DNA of 63,271 bases, counting the filler, from Collodictyon triciliatum (taxonomy: Eukaryota): assembly GCA_043381765.1 (NCBI GenBank). It is 32 parts of 32 records of this genome, joined end to end, with 100 filler letters (N's around TTAATTAATTAA, not from the genome) between each part and the next. Parts side by side here need not be neighbours in the genome. Positions count along the whole stretch, not along the records: positions 11,908 to 13,807 come from JBHJMP010009985.1; positions 13,908 to 15,789 come from JBHJMP010009986.1; positions 15,890 to 17,770 come from JBHJMP010009987.1; positions 17,871 to 19,751 come from JBHJMP010009988.1; positions 19,852 to 21,732 come from JBHJMP010009989.1; positions 21,833 to 23,713 come from JBHJMP010009990.1; positions 23,814 to 25,694 come from JBHJMP010009991.1; 25 more parts are not named here. One strand, 5' to 3'. Position numbers and translations under genes: made by a program. How positions within the stretch are numbered: the first letter of the stretch is position 1; every line of letters begins with the position of its first letter. Below, piece after piece: positions 13,657 to 25,794 of the stretch. The notes below the pieces were generated by a model that worked only from the letters and a program-made list of their open reading frames with translations, was not told the DNA's origin and did not search any database.

Positions 13657-14746
13657 CTATTCTTTTCTCATTCGATTGATCGATCTAATTTCATTTGTCT
13701 TATTCACCGAACCACAAGTTTTTTTTTAACTGGCATAAAACGCACCTATGGCACCCTAGAAAACTTCATTAATACAAAAAAAAAAACAAAAAAACAAAAA
13801 AACAAAANNNNNNNNNNNNNNNNNNNNNNNNNNNNNNNNNNNNNNNNNNNNTTAATTAATTAANNNNNNNNNNNNNNNNNNNNNNNNNNNNNNNNNNNNN
13901 NNNNNNNTTTGTTTTTTTTTTTTTTTTGCAGTATCCATCAAACAGTCAAGCGGTATTATCGATTGGATTACCAGTTGCTCTGTCATGTGAGAATGCAGCG
14001 GGGCTTTTCTTATCTTTTTTAGCCGTCTCAAAAATAATAATAAATAAATAAAATAAAATTAATACTTTTTCTACCCAGGAGAACATGATTAATTTCTTTC
14101 ACAAGTTGATGCGAGTGTAAGGAAGATTTTTATTTATTTTGGTAAATAATAAATGCTCCTAATTTCTATTTCGAGGCCCATTTTTATGTTATCGCAGGTG
14201 AACTTAACTTCAGTATCTTACTTGCCATCAACATTTTTTCATCAGTGCAATATTGAACGCAAAGACGCAATTCGCAATTACATAGCATGAATGTTTGGCA
14301 GGTAAGAGAAAGGACGAGAGAGAGAGAGAGAAGGAAATATTGCGTGTGTGCGTAGAGGGGTTAAAAGAAAAGAAAAGAAAAGAAGTAATCAAAGGATGAT
14401 CCATCCTGGAGGTTTAAATCAGAAGGCTGTATATTGATCTTGTGACGTATTTGCTCTGACATCTGTCGCTACTAAGCGCGTCGTTCTGGACGTTAATACA
14501 TGAATATTAGAAAATGGTATCGTTTAAAAGAAATGAAAAGAAATGAAAAGAAATATCTCCTAATCATCATAAAGTTTTATTGTGCAGTAATCAGCAACAT
14601 GTCTTCGTTAGATTATAAACTATATACACGATCAAAACCAAATTGAAAGAAAAAAGTGATACGAACCAAATCAAAACAATTATATTATCAAGGGTATCTT
14701 GTGTTGGTTCTTACAATCAAACATAAGAAACAAGACTTAACATATA

Positions 14747-15604
14747 CTAGAATAGAATATGATTGAAATAGTACACGTCGGATCTCCTCAAAGCCGCGCG
14801 TTGCCTGTGATAAGCCAAAATCAAGCTGGTGATGCTATCCCTCACACTAGATGACTCATCCGAATCTTCAGCGCCAATATTAGACCGAAGGGCAACGGCC
14901 AAACAAATCATGAACTGAAACAAACCCACCGAAGTAACTGACAAGATAAACGGAAACGAGTTCCCCATCGCGCAGTGATCGATACTTATCCATCCTTCAC
15001 GGGTCGCCATACCATCCCGAAACGTTTCTATCAGCTTCCCTTTGATGACATCTAGCCATATGACAACCATGGCAAAGGTACAACAGGCGACTGTAAGATA
15101 CACGGCCGACAAAACCCACAGGACGCGAACAGAAAAGAAGGAGAGAAAGCCTGCGACGAAGAGGAATATGATGGCGCAGATATGGAGGGCCGATGCCTGA
15201 TCAGTCTCCTCCTCCACAAGGTGTGATATTGGATCATCAGGGTCTGTGTAGCTGGCACAGATCTCATCGCTGGACATGCTTCCTCTTGTTCGTTTTGTGC
15301 AGTACTCTTCCTGCTTGAATGTGTACCGCATATCAGCAGGCTCCTGACCGACTAAGCCCGACCCTTTGCAAACAAGAAACTCGTCCTCCAGAAAAGAGCA
15401 GAACACTATGGCAGCCAAGCCCAGTGCCAGGAGCGGGATGATTTTGCGAAGGGTAAAGAAGCCTTGTTTTTGCCTTTGTGGCGCACCGGCCGAAGCAAGA
15501 GTCGTGGCCGAACGAGAGAATGAGCGATTCTGGTAAAATGATGAGGAATGGCTTTCGCTTTGTGTTCTTTGAAGTGGCGGGCGTGCATCCTCCTGCGGGT
15601 CCAT
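14747..15604 (-). CDS. Intronless 285-aa four-TM membrane protein (claudin/PMP22-like topology), function unknown
   Basis: Complete ATG-TAG ORF with four hydrophobic segments and a Cys-containing first loop. Confidence 0.7.
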   Translation of the reverse strand: MDPQEDARPPLQRTQSESHSSSFYQNRSFSRSATTLASAGAPQRQKQGFFTLRKIIPLLALGLAAIVFCSFLEDEFLVCKGSGLVGQEPADMRYTFKQEEYCTKRTRGSMSSDEICASYTDPDDPISHLVEEETDQASALHICAIIFLFVAGFLSFFSVRVLWVLSAVYLTVACCTFAMVVIWLDVIKGKLIETFRDGMATREGWISIDHCAMGNSFPFILSVTSVGLFQFMICLAVALRSNIGAEDSDESSSVRDSITSLILAYHRQRAALRRSDVYYFNHILF

Positions 15605-15889
15605 GCCTGCAGCAGCTGGTTAAAGGTGCTTTTGTTGGGGCTTTGTTTTTTTTTTTTTTTTGGGTCGATCTTGGTTTTTCGTGAAAAAGAGAAGAAAAGA
15701 AGAAAAGAAGAAAAGAAGAAAAGAAGAAAAGAAGAAAAGAAGAAAAGAAGAAAAGAAGAAAAGAAGAAAAGAAGAAAAGAAGAAAAGAANNNNNNNNNNN
15801 NNNNNNNNNNNNNNNNNNNNNNNNNNNNNNNNNTTAATTAATTAANNNNNNNNNNNNNNNNNNNNNNNNNNNNNNNNNNNNNNNNNNNN

Positions 15890-16176
15890 GCCTGCTGAAA
15901 CACGCTCGCATTCTTCGCTACTCTGACCGCAAGCGAAGAGAGATGTGGGAATGTGTCGTAAGATATCTCCCACAGCATATCCAACCCCTGTTACCCACGC
16001 AACCAATCAACCAGTTGGGTCGCCCACCCGACCAACCCACTATCATTGACTTCTTCCCAGTGCTCGCCTCTCCACGGTAGTGTCTTCCCCTACTCGCGTT
16101 TGCTCTCTCCCATGCGCTCCCATCCCGCCCCTTTGTATGGCATAACCTCGCTGCACTTCGAATCGAATAGAGGAAA
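15890..16176 (+). mobile_element. Second copy of the 3' end of the same LINE family
   Basis: Near-identical to ~13367-13653, with scattered substitutions that are mostly transitions. Confidence 0.95.
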
Positions 16177-16476
16177 TAGGCATCTTTGTAGAAACGAGCT
16201 ACGCAGCTTAAATTTATGATTATTTGCTGTCGAGGAAATTAAGGAGGAGAAATTGATACTCAACGTTCTCATGCTAAGATTTGATAGCTTGATTTAATTA
16301 CAGATCTCGGAGAATATTGAAAGGAAGTTAAAAATCACGAATACACAGAGCGTATGCCAAGTATCTGAATCATGTCGCACCTAAGGTTGTGAACTGAAGC
16401 ATGTGGATAAGGCGATAGTTGTGATCAGGCATCCTCAGCAACTTTTTGAAAAATTAAGCTAGTATATAGCGGGAGT

Positions 16477-17412
16477 CTAAGCAGAGCTTGTAGGTGCCTT
16501 TGCAATAAGTGAATTTAATAATTGTGGATAAAATATTGTATATTGACTATATTTTTACATCATTTGTTTGGTACTTACCGTGTCGTAGAGTTGCAACTTT
16601 TTGAGGGCGTCTACAAAACTTAGGGTCATTCCCCTATACGGCTTTGACGAGTTGCACCAACAAGAGAGATTTGTAATGCCCCGTGGTGCTCTTTGAATAG
16701 TCTGCTTCCCCTCCCATTCGATAACGAGTTCTTTAAGATTCGTTAGTGCTGTGATTTGTAGTGGAAGCTCGTTCATCTACAAATTATTGTATTAATTGTA
16801 GTGGTGTAAGACTGGTGATAGATAGATAGAATAAATGGTCATATATGAACAAACAAACAAACAAACAAACAAACAAACAAACAAACAAACAAACAAACAA
16901 ACAAACAAACAAACAAACAAACAAACAAACAAACAAACAAACAAACAAACAAACAAACATACGGGATTTGCATGCAACCAAAGCTGCACAAGACCGACTA
17001 AGCACGAAATTTCTGGAGGTAAATATGAGAGCTGATTTTTGTAGACACTAAGTGATGAGAGTCTAGTCAAATGAGAAATTTCTTTAGGGAGAGAGGACAG
17101 CATATTGTCACGAATACCGAGGAGTGTGAGACCGACTAAACACGATATTTCTGACGGCAACGATAACAGCCTATTATTGTAGAGATCAAGATATCTAAGC
17201 CCAGTCAAACGCGATATCCCCTGTGGTAGTACGGACAGTTGGTTTCCATAAAGCGCCAGGTCAACCAAGTCGGGCAATTCAAAGACTCCGAGCGGCACGG
17301 AGGTTAGATCACAAAACGAGAGGTCCAAAGACGTACGATTTTGGAGGCTGGTGACCTCAGAATCCCCGGTGATATTCTGGAGCTCTTCTAAAAGCACAGT
17401 CTCGTTGGACAT
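16477..17412 (-). CDS. Small LRR protein with a conserved C-terminal cap, 3 exons (paralogue A)
   Basis: MSNETVLLEELQNITGD..., 23-aa LRRs, intron with (GTTT)n, then MNELPLQITALTNLKELVIEWEGKQTIQRAPRGITNLSCW...; short last exon APTSSA*. Confidence 0.85.
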
Positions 17413-18612
17413 CGAGGCAGAAGCGGACTCAAGACGATTCAAGGAAGAAGCTGTGCCGTGTGTTGTTCATTTCCCAAGCGTAGATGTAGAATTAATTTTT
17501 TGTTGATTTTTTGTTTGTCGTTTTTTTTTTTTTTGGAAGGAGGTACGTGGAAACAGAAAACAGAAAGGGTAGATAGCACAAACGAATAAGGTGTTTGAAA
17601 CAACCGCGGAGTCGTGCGAGTCTCCTTTGTTTTGATTGTTTTGATTGCTTTGATTATTTTTGTTGTTTTTATTGTTTTTATTGTTTTTATTTGTTTTTAT
17701 TTGTTTTTATTTGTTTTTATTTGTTTTTATTTGTTTTTATTTGTTTTTATTTGTTTTTATTTGTTTTTATNNNNNNNNNNNNNNNNNNNNNNNNNNNNNN
17801 NNNNNNNNNNNNNNTTAATTAATTAANNNNNNNNNNNNNNNNNNNNNNNNNNNNNNNNNNNNNNNNNNNNAGATACTGGCATATTCACAGGGGGGCATAC
17901 TCACTCTTTTTCTTCTTTTTTTTTTTCTTTCTCATTTGCGTCAATGCCAATATTGATTTTTGATGCTCACCATTCTCGATGAAAACCCATTCTGCCCATT
18001 TTCGCACATTTTGACGAGTAAATCGTTAGGACATCAACCCAGAGTTCCTTTCACTCGTCCAAACTTTGGAGTCTAACATAAGCAGAAATAGGTTTTTTTT
18101 TTAAAAAAATAACAATAATAATAATTGAAAACTGTCATTCCTTTACCTCTTTATTTCTTCCTTTCTTAAATATGATATCGTGTCTCTTTCCCGCCAAAAA
18201 CCTCAATTTATCACATGACACCCTTGGGAGTCATTATCAGGGAACATCGAGATTTTTTTTCTTATTTGTAAATTAGTAATGTGGCATTAGAATGTATCCG
18301 TCCTCATGCATTGGCAAATGAATAGTCCAGAAACAACTTGAAAAGCATCTTGTTGGCACATGCGCAGTAACTTTAATTCACCAATTCAAAAACATTTAGG
18401 GGTGTGGCAACAACTATTGGATTTATTTCTCCATTTACTCGTCCTTTTTCAATAGACTTCAATCAGGTTCCCTTACGAATTTTATTGAATTTTATAGCTA
18501 ACTCGTGCAATTAATTTTTGCGGTAGAATTTTGTATATATCATATTTATCACGACTTTTTTTTTATTTTGAAACGAACTATATCGTGCATACTAATAATA
18601 TAACCGACTTAG

Positions 18613-19751
18613 AATATGGAAGGTTTGGCTCGCGATTTGAATGCTGTTACGACCAAGGAAAACGAGCAAGCTACACCTCTGATTACTACTCAGCCAGGAA
18701 AGACTTCCACAGAAGGTTTTCAGTACTTTTAATATACATATCAGTCTTTTGAAACCGTCAGTCTGTTATTATCTTCTCTTCTCTATTTTTTTTTAAAAAA
18801 AAGTCTCAATCGAACTGATGGGTAATTTCAGTATTTTCATGGTTTTTGCAAAAGATGAACTCGATAAACTTCTTTTGGAGCTTCAAAACGATGTCGAAGT
18901 CACCACTGATACCAACAAGCTTCCTGAATCACCGTCTACTATACAAAAAGAAGCGTCTTCATCAGCAAGTCAGCCCACTACCGAAGGCAAGTAATTCTCA
19001 GCAATCGTAAAAGTTTGCACGTATTTATACGTCACATTCTTGTTAGTGTTTTACTCTATTTTATCCTTTATAGTGGTATGTACGCACCGTTCTTTCCTAA
19101 TAATCTCTTACCTCTCTCTCTCTATCTCTTTTTAATAACACATTTTATTCTTTTTTTTTTTTTTACTCTTCTAATTGCTCTTTATTTTCTGGAACATCAT
19201 ACGTCTTTTTCTACGACATATCCACGTTATGTGGCGTAGTATATCAGACCATTCACCATAATATATCAATTTAAGTTGAATCACATCTATGAAATTTCGC
19301 AGAAGTAGCTCTTTCAAAGAGCACATATTTTAGTACACATACTGAAGAAAGCACAGTAGAAAATAAGGCTAGTCTCCGTAATGGTAACATGCTACGTTTT
19401 GAAGAAATCCGAGCATTCTCTAGTGCCATAAGAATCCACCAATTTCTGTGAACGAAGGAAGCTGATGATACATGATGCATAGATGATGCAGCACTGCAAG
19501 TTCAACGTCAACTCCAAGCCGAGTCTGCTAATCAACAGGCTGATGGTGAATATTTATTCGATGCGCTTTTCTCATTTTCCTTCTTTCTGATTCGCCCAAA
19601 TGGTAAACTATGGTTAAGAAGAAAAAAAAGTTGACGACACTAACTTTTTTTATCGGACAGCATCGCTGGAGGAACTTCTGGCCTCATTGAAAATCATGGC
19701 CCAGGACAGCAAACCCGTCCCACATCTCAAGCTGGAGAGCGCAGACCGAAC
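18613..19751 (+). CDS. Protein with paxillin-type LD motifs, N-terminal part, partial
   Basis: Phase-1 exons give MEGLARDL..., DELDKLLLELQ... and SLEELLASL within low-complexity linkers. No LIM domains are visible before the contig ends. Confidence 0.5.
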
Positions 19752-19851
19752 NNNNNNNNNNNNNNNNNNNNNNNNNNNNNNNNNNNNNNNNNNNNTTAAT
19801 TAATTAANNNNNNNNNNNNNNNNNNNNNNNNNNNNNNNNNNNNNNNNNNNN

Positions 19852-19973
19852 TGGATCACTTTACCTCGCTTGCCCTTGAAAAAGATCCAAGGCTCTACAC
19901 GAAAAGAGTGGAGTTCCATCTAGAGGATGAAGCCAAAAAGTAATTATTTACCCCTGTCACTCTTTTGTGATGG

Positions 19974-20069
<96 letters not shown>

Positions 20070-21634
20070 GTCCTCTTTTTTTTTAAAAATTTTTTTTTAA
20101 TGACGATAACAGTTATATAATATGAACTATATATAATACAAGTCACGTGAAGTCTATGTGTCTCACTTTTTTTTTTTAATTTTTTTATTCTTCCTTTCCA
20201 TTTTACTTGTGTCTCATTTTGATAATATATCGTTGAGAATTAACAAAACAAAAAAAACTTTATCTTGAGTATGCACACAAAGTGTGGACTTTCTGGTAAC
20301 TTTCCTCCTTCTGTCTTCTCTCAAGGGAACGAACTGGGGTCTACTACGGAACTTGGTTGGATTCTCGGAAGCACGGATGGGGCATGTATACTTGGGCCGA
20401 TGGGCGTGTTTATATAGGTGAATGGAAAGACAACAAAATGGATGGATTAGGAGTTTACACATGGATATATCCTGAAAGACAAAGTCGACCAAAAGCATTT
20501 ATATCTCTCGAGAGTAAAAAAGCATCTAAAAAGGAGAAGAAAGCACGGGGTATTTACAAAGTATGAATCCAAGGTCTTTTCTGAGAACCTTTTTTTTTTT
20601 TTTTTTTTGAAAAACACCATGTGCACTAATCTCACTCTATGATTGTCTTTAAATACGATTTGGTAAAACGTCTGATCATTTTGATTGACAGGGACAATGG
20701 GAAAATAATCACATGCATGGATTCGGCATATTTCTTTGGGCTGACGGAAGAAAGTATGAAGGGCAATTTCTTTTCGACGACATTACCGGACACGGGATTT
20801 ATTCATGGCCGGATAACTGGTTGCAATATTTCATAGAGTCCCAAAATTATACCAATATTTTACGTCCAGATGAATTTTTTTTTTTTTTTATGAAATCTAT
20901 CATGATAGCCAACATCCCACCATCCTGCACAAAATTGAAAGGAAGAATAAAAAAAATAAATCAAATCTATCATGATATCGAATTATTCAACATATCTGCC
21001 CATTTTCTTACTCTAGCTTCCTATATTTGTAAATGGACTGTTTTTTTTTTTTTTAATAGATCCATACAAATACATATTCATAACCTCCTTGATAGTATTT
21101 ACAAAGGAGAATTCCTCAAGGATGAACTGCACGGACTTGGAGTGAAATTAAATTCAGACGGTAGCTACTATATGGGTGAGTGGAAAAATGGTCTTAAGCA
21201 TGGGAAAGGGATGCTTACTTGGGCTGATGGTCTGTCCAATTACGACGGGGAATGGTAACGACTTATATATAAAGAAGAAAAGCAAAGGATTCCTGCTTTT
21301 TTTTCTACCTAATTAATCACTTTTTACCCAGACAATAGAATACTCTTTGACCGTTAATTTTCCAACTCTTATATGCCACAGGGTGGAAGATAAAGCTCAT
21401 GGAAAAGGCATTATGACATGGTGCTCTACTGGGCAAGATGGTCGACAAATGGTTAGTAAATATCACGGGATGTGGGAAAACGACATGAAGGTACGTTTAA
21501 CTTGCTTCTTTTTTTCGGTTCCTTATTTGGATTCACTTTAGCTACTTTGCCCTGATATTTATTCATCTATTTTGGGATTGCGTTTACAAATCCAATCCGA
21601 CGGGTACATTTCCTTGTTATTAATTTTTTTTATT

Positions 21635-21681
<47 letters not shown>

Positions 21682-21732
21682 ATTTTTTTTTTATTTTTTT
21701 TTTTTTTTTTTTTTTTTTAGTGTGGGATGGGT
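19852..21732 (+). CDS. MORN-repeat protein, multi-exon, partial
   Basis: Repeated YxGxWxxxxxHGxGxxxWxDG units, e.g. YIGEWKDNKMDGLGVYTW and YMGEWKNGLKHGKGMLTWADG. Confidence 0.9.
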
Positions 21733-22231
21733 NNNNNNNNNNNNNNNNNNNNNNNNNNNNNNNNNNNNNNNNNNNNTTAATTAATTAANNNNNNNNNNNN
21801 NNNNNNNNNNNNNNNNNNNNNNNNNNNNNNNNAAAAACAAAAAACAAAAAAAACAAAAAAACAAAAAAAAAACAAAATAATAAAAAAATCAAGAAAACAA
21901 AACAAATAAACAAATAAACAAAAAACCAAACAAAAAAAATTCAGGAATGCCTTTCGTTCACAACATTTGCCAGTTTATTCTATTGCGTATAAATACCCAG
22001 ATTATGATACTTTTTGGTGAACGTAATTATCTATATCATCGAATACATATACAGTTTAAGGCGATAATCCACATATATGGGCTTCGCTTTTGAATATTCC
22101 ATCCTTTGAGTATCCCTTTTTGATGGGCTGCGTTAACAGGTCGACGAAAGTATGCACATGGCAGTTCCTTCTCAAATCGATTCCGACGAGTCCTTTCAAC
22201 CATCTAACCCAGACAAGGTTTACATCCTATT

Positions 22232-23403
22232 TCATTCCACAGGATGAGTTTTTTGAAGGGACAACGGGTCACTTTCCTTGCGTTTCTTGCTGGGCGACTC
22301 AGACAAAAAGCAGTACATCGTTGTTTTTTCTGAATTATCGGGAGTGGCACTTGACCGTCCCCTGGTTTCGGAACCATGCGTAGCCGGCAGTGGACTTTGC
22401 TTAATCGGAGTATGGATACGCGTTTGTGGTTTTAGAAACATACGCTCCTGCTTGCTCGGACTGTCTGCAGTGTGTGAAGTTCCAAGCTTGGATTCGACTT
22501 GCGCTGTTTACTCTTGCCCCTTGGTTCTCGGTGTGACGGGCTGGGGCAGGACAAACAGAATATCTTTGGTGGGCGCTGGTTTTTGTGTTGCCTTCGCTTT
22601 GGAGTATCCTTTCGGATAAGTAAAGAAGACTGCCTTGAGGCCTCCTATGTTAACCATATTCACGTCAGTCTGAATGGGTGGTTTAAGGAGGGATTTCTTT
22701 CGGGGTTTGGAGATGCGCTGCTCTTGGGTCTTGCGATGTGCGGGCTTGTCCGGTGTTGGCGGATGTGGGGCTCGAGTGCGAGGATTCTGAAGAGGAACCG
22801 AGATTTCCTTCATTGTCATCGTCGCTGTCGCTATATGTGCATATCTGCTGTGAATCTTGCGGACTCTGTTGTTGCCTGGCCTTGGCTTCCTTGACCCCGT
22901 TGCTGCTTGTCTGCTTGGCAGGTGTATTCTTTTGTGGGGCTTTTACTTGTCGTTCGTTATTGCAGCTGGCGGACGCTCTTTGAGGATGCGCTTTGGACAC
23001 TTTTTACCCATGACTGTAAACTTTGCAGGGAGCTGGTTCTTGTGACAAAGAAGCTTCACCACGGCCGTGTCTGTGAAGAAGCCTTTGTATCTTTTGGTCT
23101 CCACGTGGGTCGGTCTGAACGGCTTCAGCTCTTCACAAAGGAGTTGCGGCCACAAGTCCAGCGGTAGTTGGTAGAGCATCACCGAGGTCTCTGTTGGTTT
23201 ACTTCTAGCGAAGCTGATCGTAATATCGCTCAAACTAACCTGCTTCAGCTCCAGAAGCTTTCGGGCGTTTTCTGCAGTGCGTAAGGCGATCAGGAAAAGG
23301 CCTTCGCTGTCCAGTAAGCGCAATTGGATGGACTCTTCCCAAAGTTTGTTCGCTTTCAAGAAGGAGGCAAGCGCATCGGTGAGCCTGTAGGTCTTTTTCT
23401 TAC
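22232..23403 (-). mobile_element. Probable degenerate ORF1 (gag-like) of a non-LTR retrotransposon
   Basis: Intronless GC-richer block in AT-rich flanks: an RRM-like segment (FLIALRTAENARKLLE...VMLYQLPLDL...FFTDTAVVKL) followed by a frameshifted basic/Pro/Ser-rich tail. No diagnostic motif. Confidence 0.45.
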
Positions 23404-23813
23404 GCTACCACAGACATCTACACCAAGGCATAAGGAAAAACTCTCCCATAAAACAAAAGCATGTCTCGTGAAGCGTGATTGACTCCCAAAAACTTATACT
23501 GGAGACACACACACACAAGTAGATCTGGTGGTAAGAGCGCCATCATTATTGGAGTCACCAATTCAAAAGTGTGCAAAATCAGATATCCAGGCCTGGCAAA
23601 TGAAAAAACCTCACAATTCAATAAAACGTTGAAAATTATATTATGTATGTAATTTGTCGATAAATGATTGTGCTTAGGCAAATACAATCACCAAATAAAA
23701 TTAAATTATGTAGNNNNNNNNNNNNNNNNNNNNNNNNNNNNNNNNNNNNNNNNNNNNTTAATTAATTAANNNNNNNNNNNNNNNNNNNNNNNNNNNNNNN
23801 NNNNNNNNNNNNN

Positions 23814-24150
23814 TATCCTGGCAAATAAGTTCATGCAAGAATACACACTTGCAGTTGGAGGTAAAATCAACTTCAACAAAACAGACGGTATCCTATTCGG
23901 CCTACAGGATGGTGGAATCCTACCAGAAAACATCGACTGGAAATACCAAAACCACGCACTTAGATACCTGGGTATAATGTTTGGGAGCGGCTGCACAGAA
24001 AAGTGGGACAATCTGGTCAACAATATCAAGTCCATAATCGCCTCTTGGAAAAGATTCCATCTTTCAGACATCGAAAAAGCGAGGCTATGGAACCAACTCA
24101 TGCTATCGACCCTCAACCACAACATGAAGGGCTCTCACCTACCACAAAAG
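23814..24150 (+). mobile_element. LINE RT fragment, diverged relative of the 11.9-kb element
   Basis: ANKFMQEYTLAVGGKINFNKTDGILFGLQDG...LRYLGIMFG...RLWNQLML aligns with ~12530-12860. Confidence 0.9.
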
Positions 24151-25176
24151 CTATGATATTTAGCCAACTTCGACGTTACTGGAGCATGACTATAATTTCA
24201 ATCATGAAAATTCCGAGTTTTTTTCGTTTTCTTTATCAATTGATAATTTTACATCCGAATGTCAATTCGATTTAAACATATACGATAAAATTTTGTTCGC
24301 CATGGTTACTTCATTTGCTTTGGTGCCCATAGCCTCCTAAGCGGTTTTTATCAAGATGCTGTGGAGATTAAAAACAGGCCAGATTGACATGAAAGATACC
24401 ACCTACTACAAATTGAACCAAAAATTCATGTTTTCGATGCTGGTGATGCTGATTTTCATTCATCCGAAAATCACAATATCCATATCAAATATATTCGTAT
24501 GTGCAGAATTGGGCGATAAAAACTACTTGAAAGCTGACATGTCAATTATGTGCGATAATGCAACTTCTTTAATTTGGAAAAATGTTTGCTCGGCTCACAT
24601 AATTCTTTATTGTTTTGGTGGTAACCTGATTCTTATTGCGCATATGTTTTACAAAAATTCATCGCTCCTCAATACCACATCCAATATATACAATTTGCTT
24701 CGATTTTTGGTAGATGGATACAACGAAAAATGCTATTATTGGGAAATGGTCACTATGATGCAAAAGTTACTTGTTGTCATGGGTAGTGTCTCATTCTCAC
24801 CATCTTTATTCGATTCAAAGGTGGCTCATGGATTTTAATTCTTAGTGGAACATCGTTCACTTATTTTGAGCCATTCATTTCCAACGTTCTCAAGAAGTCT
24901 CATAATTGGTCAACACCAGTCCTCTATTTTACGTTGATGACAAGTTTGTTTTTTCGGTACACTGAGTTGAGTTAACCAATCGAATATTTTCTTGTTGCGC
25001 TTGTTGCTTTGTCTAACGGGTTGATTGCAGTAGTTTTTCTGTCCAAGGCTGGCCCAGCATTCATAAATTCTCTCCTTGGAAAAATAGAAAGATCATCTCT
25101 GCCTATTTTCGAGTATGTGTCGAATCTTTCGTTTACTGTTTACGGAAGAAACATATCCAAGGGATTAATAAAGTAA
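24151..25176 (+). pseudogene. Frameshifted C-terminal multi-TM domain of a large protist membrane protein
   Basis: FVC..YLKADMSIMC...FLVDGYNEKCYYWEMVTMMQKLL motif; continues in another frame (GSWILILSG..YFEPF) with stops. Confidence 0.6.
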
Positions 25177-25596
25177 TCGAAATGAAGGATTTAAGTGATG
25201 AAGGAAGTTCACCTCTTTAAAATTCCTCACATTCATTTTTACTTTCTAAATAGCAATCCTTCTCTTTCAATTTGCTTTCCTCAGCAAGGACATGTGACAA
25301 AAAATGGCGTGAGAAGATATGATGATTCACTTTCTAGTAATAAAAAAAAGGAAAAAAGTATTCTAATTTAATTTGAACACCAAGTTTTTGTTTACGTTAA
25401 TAAATTGTATTCTTTAAGTCAATTATAATTTGCAGTATTCAGTCAATACCATTTTCTACATTCTCTGCACTAAAACTTATGAATTTGAAAATTAAACCAT
25501 TAGAAACAAGAATTTGAAAAAGCAATAGTAGTTTTACTGACAGTATCCTGTGCGATAGTTTCTCAATTTTTACGTTCATATTGAGTCTGAAATCAA

Positions 25597-25694
<98 letters not shown>

Positions 25695-25794
25695 NNNNNN
25701 NNNNNNNNNNNNNNNNNNNNNNNNNNNNNNNNNNNNNNTTAATTAATTAANNNNNNNNNNNNNNNNNNNNNNNNNNNNNNNNNNNNNNNNNNNN

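Noticed and set aside
13367-16176. RIP-like CpA hypermutation of repeats
   Set aside because: Differences between the two LINE copies are mostly transitions in mixed contexts, with no clear CpA bias.
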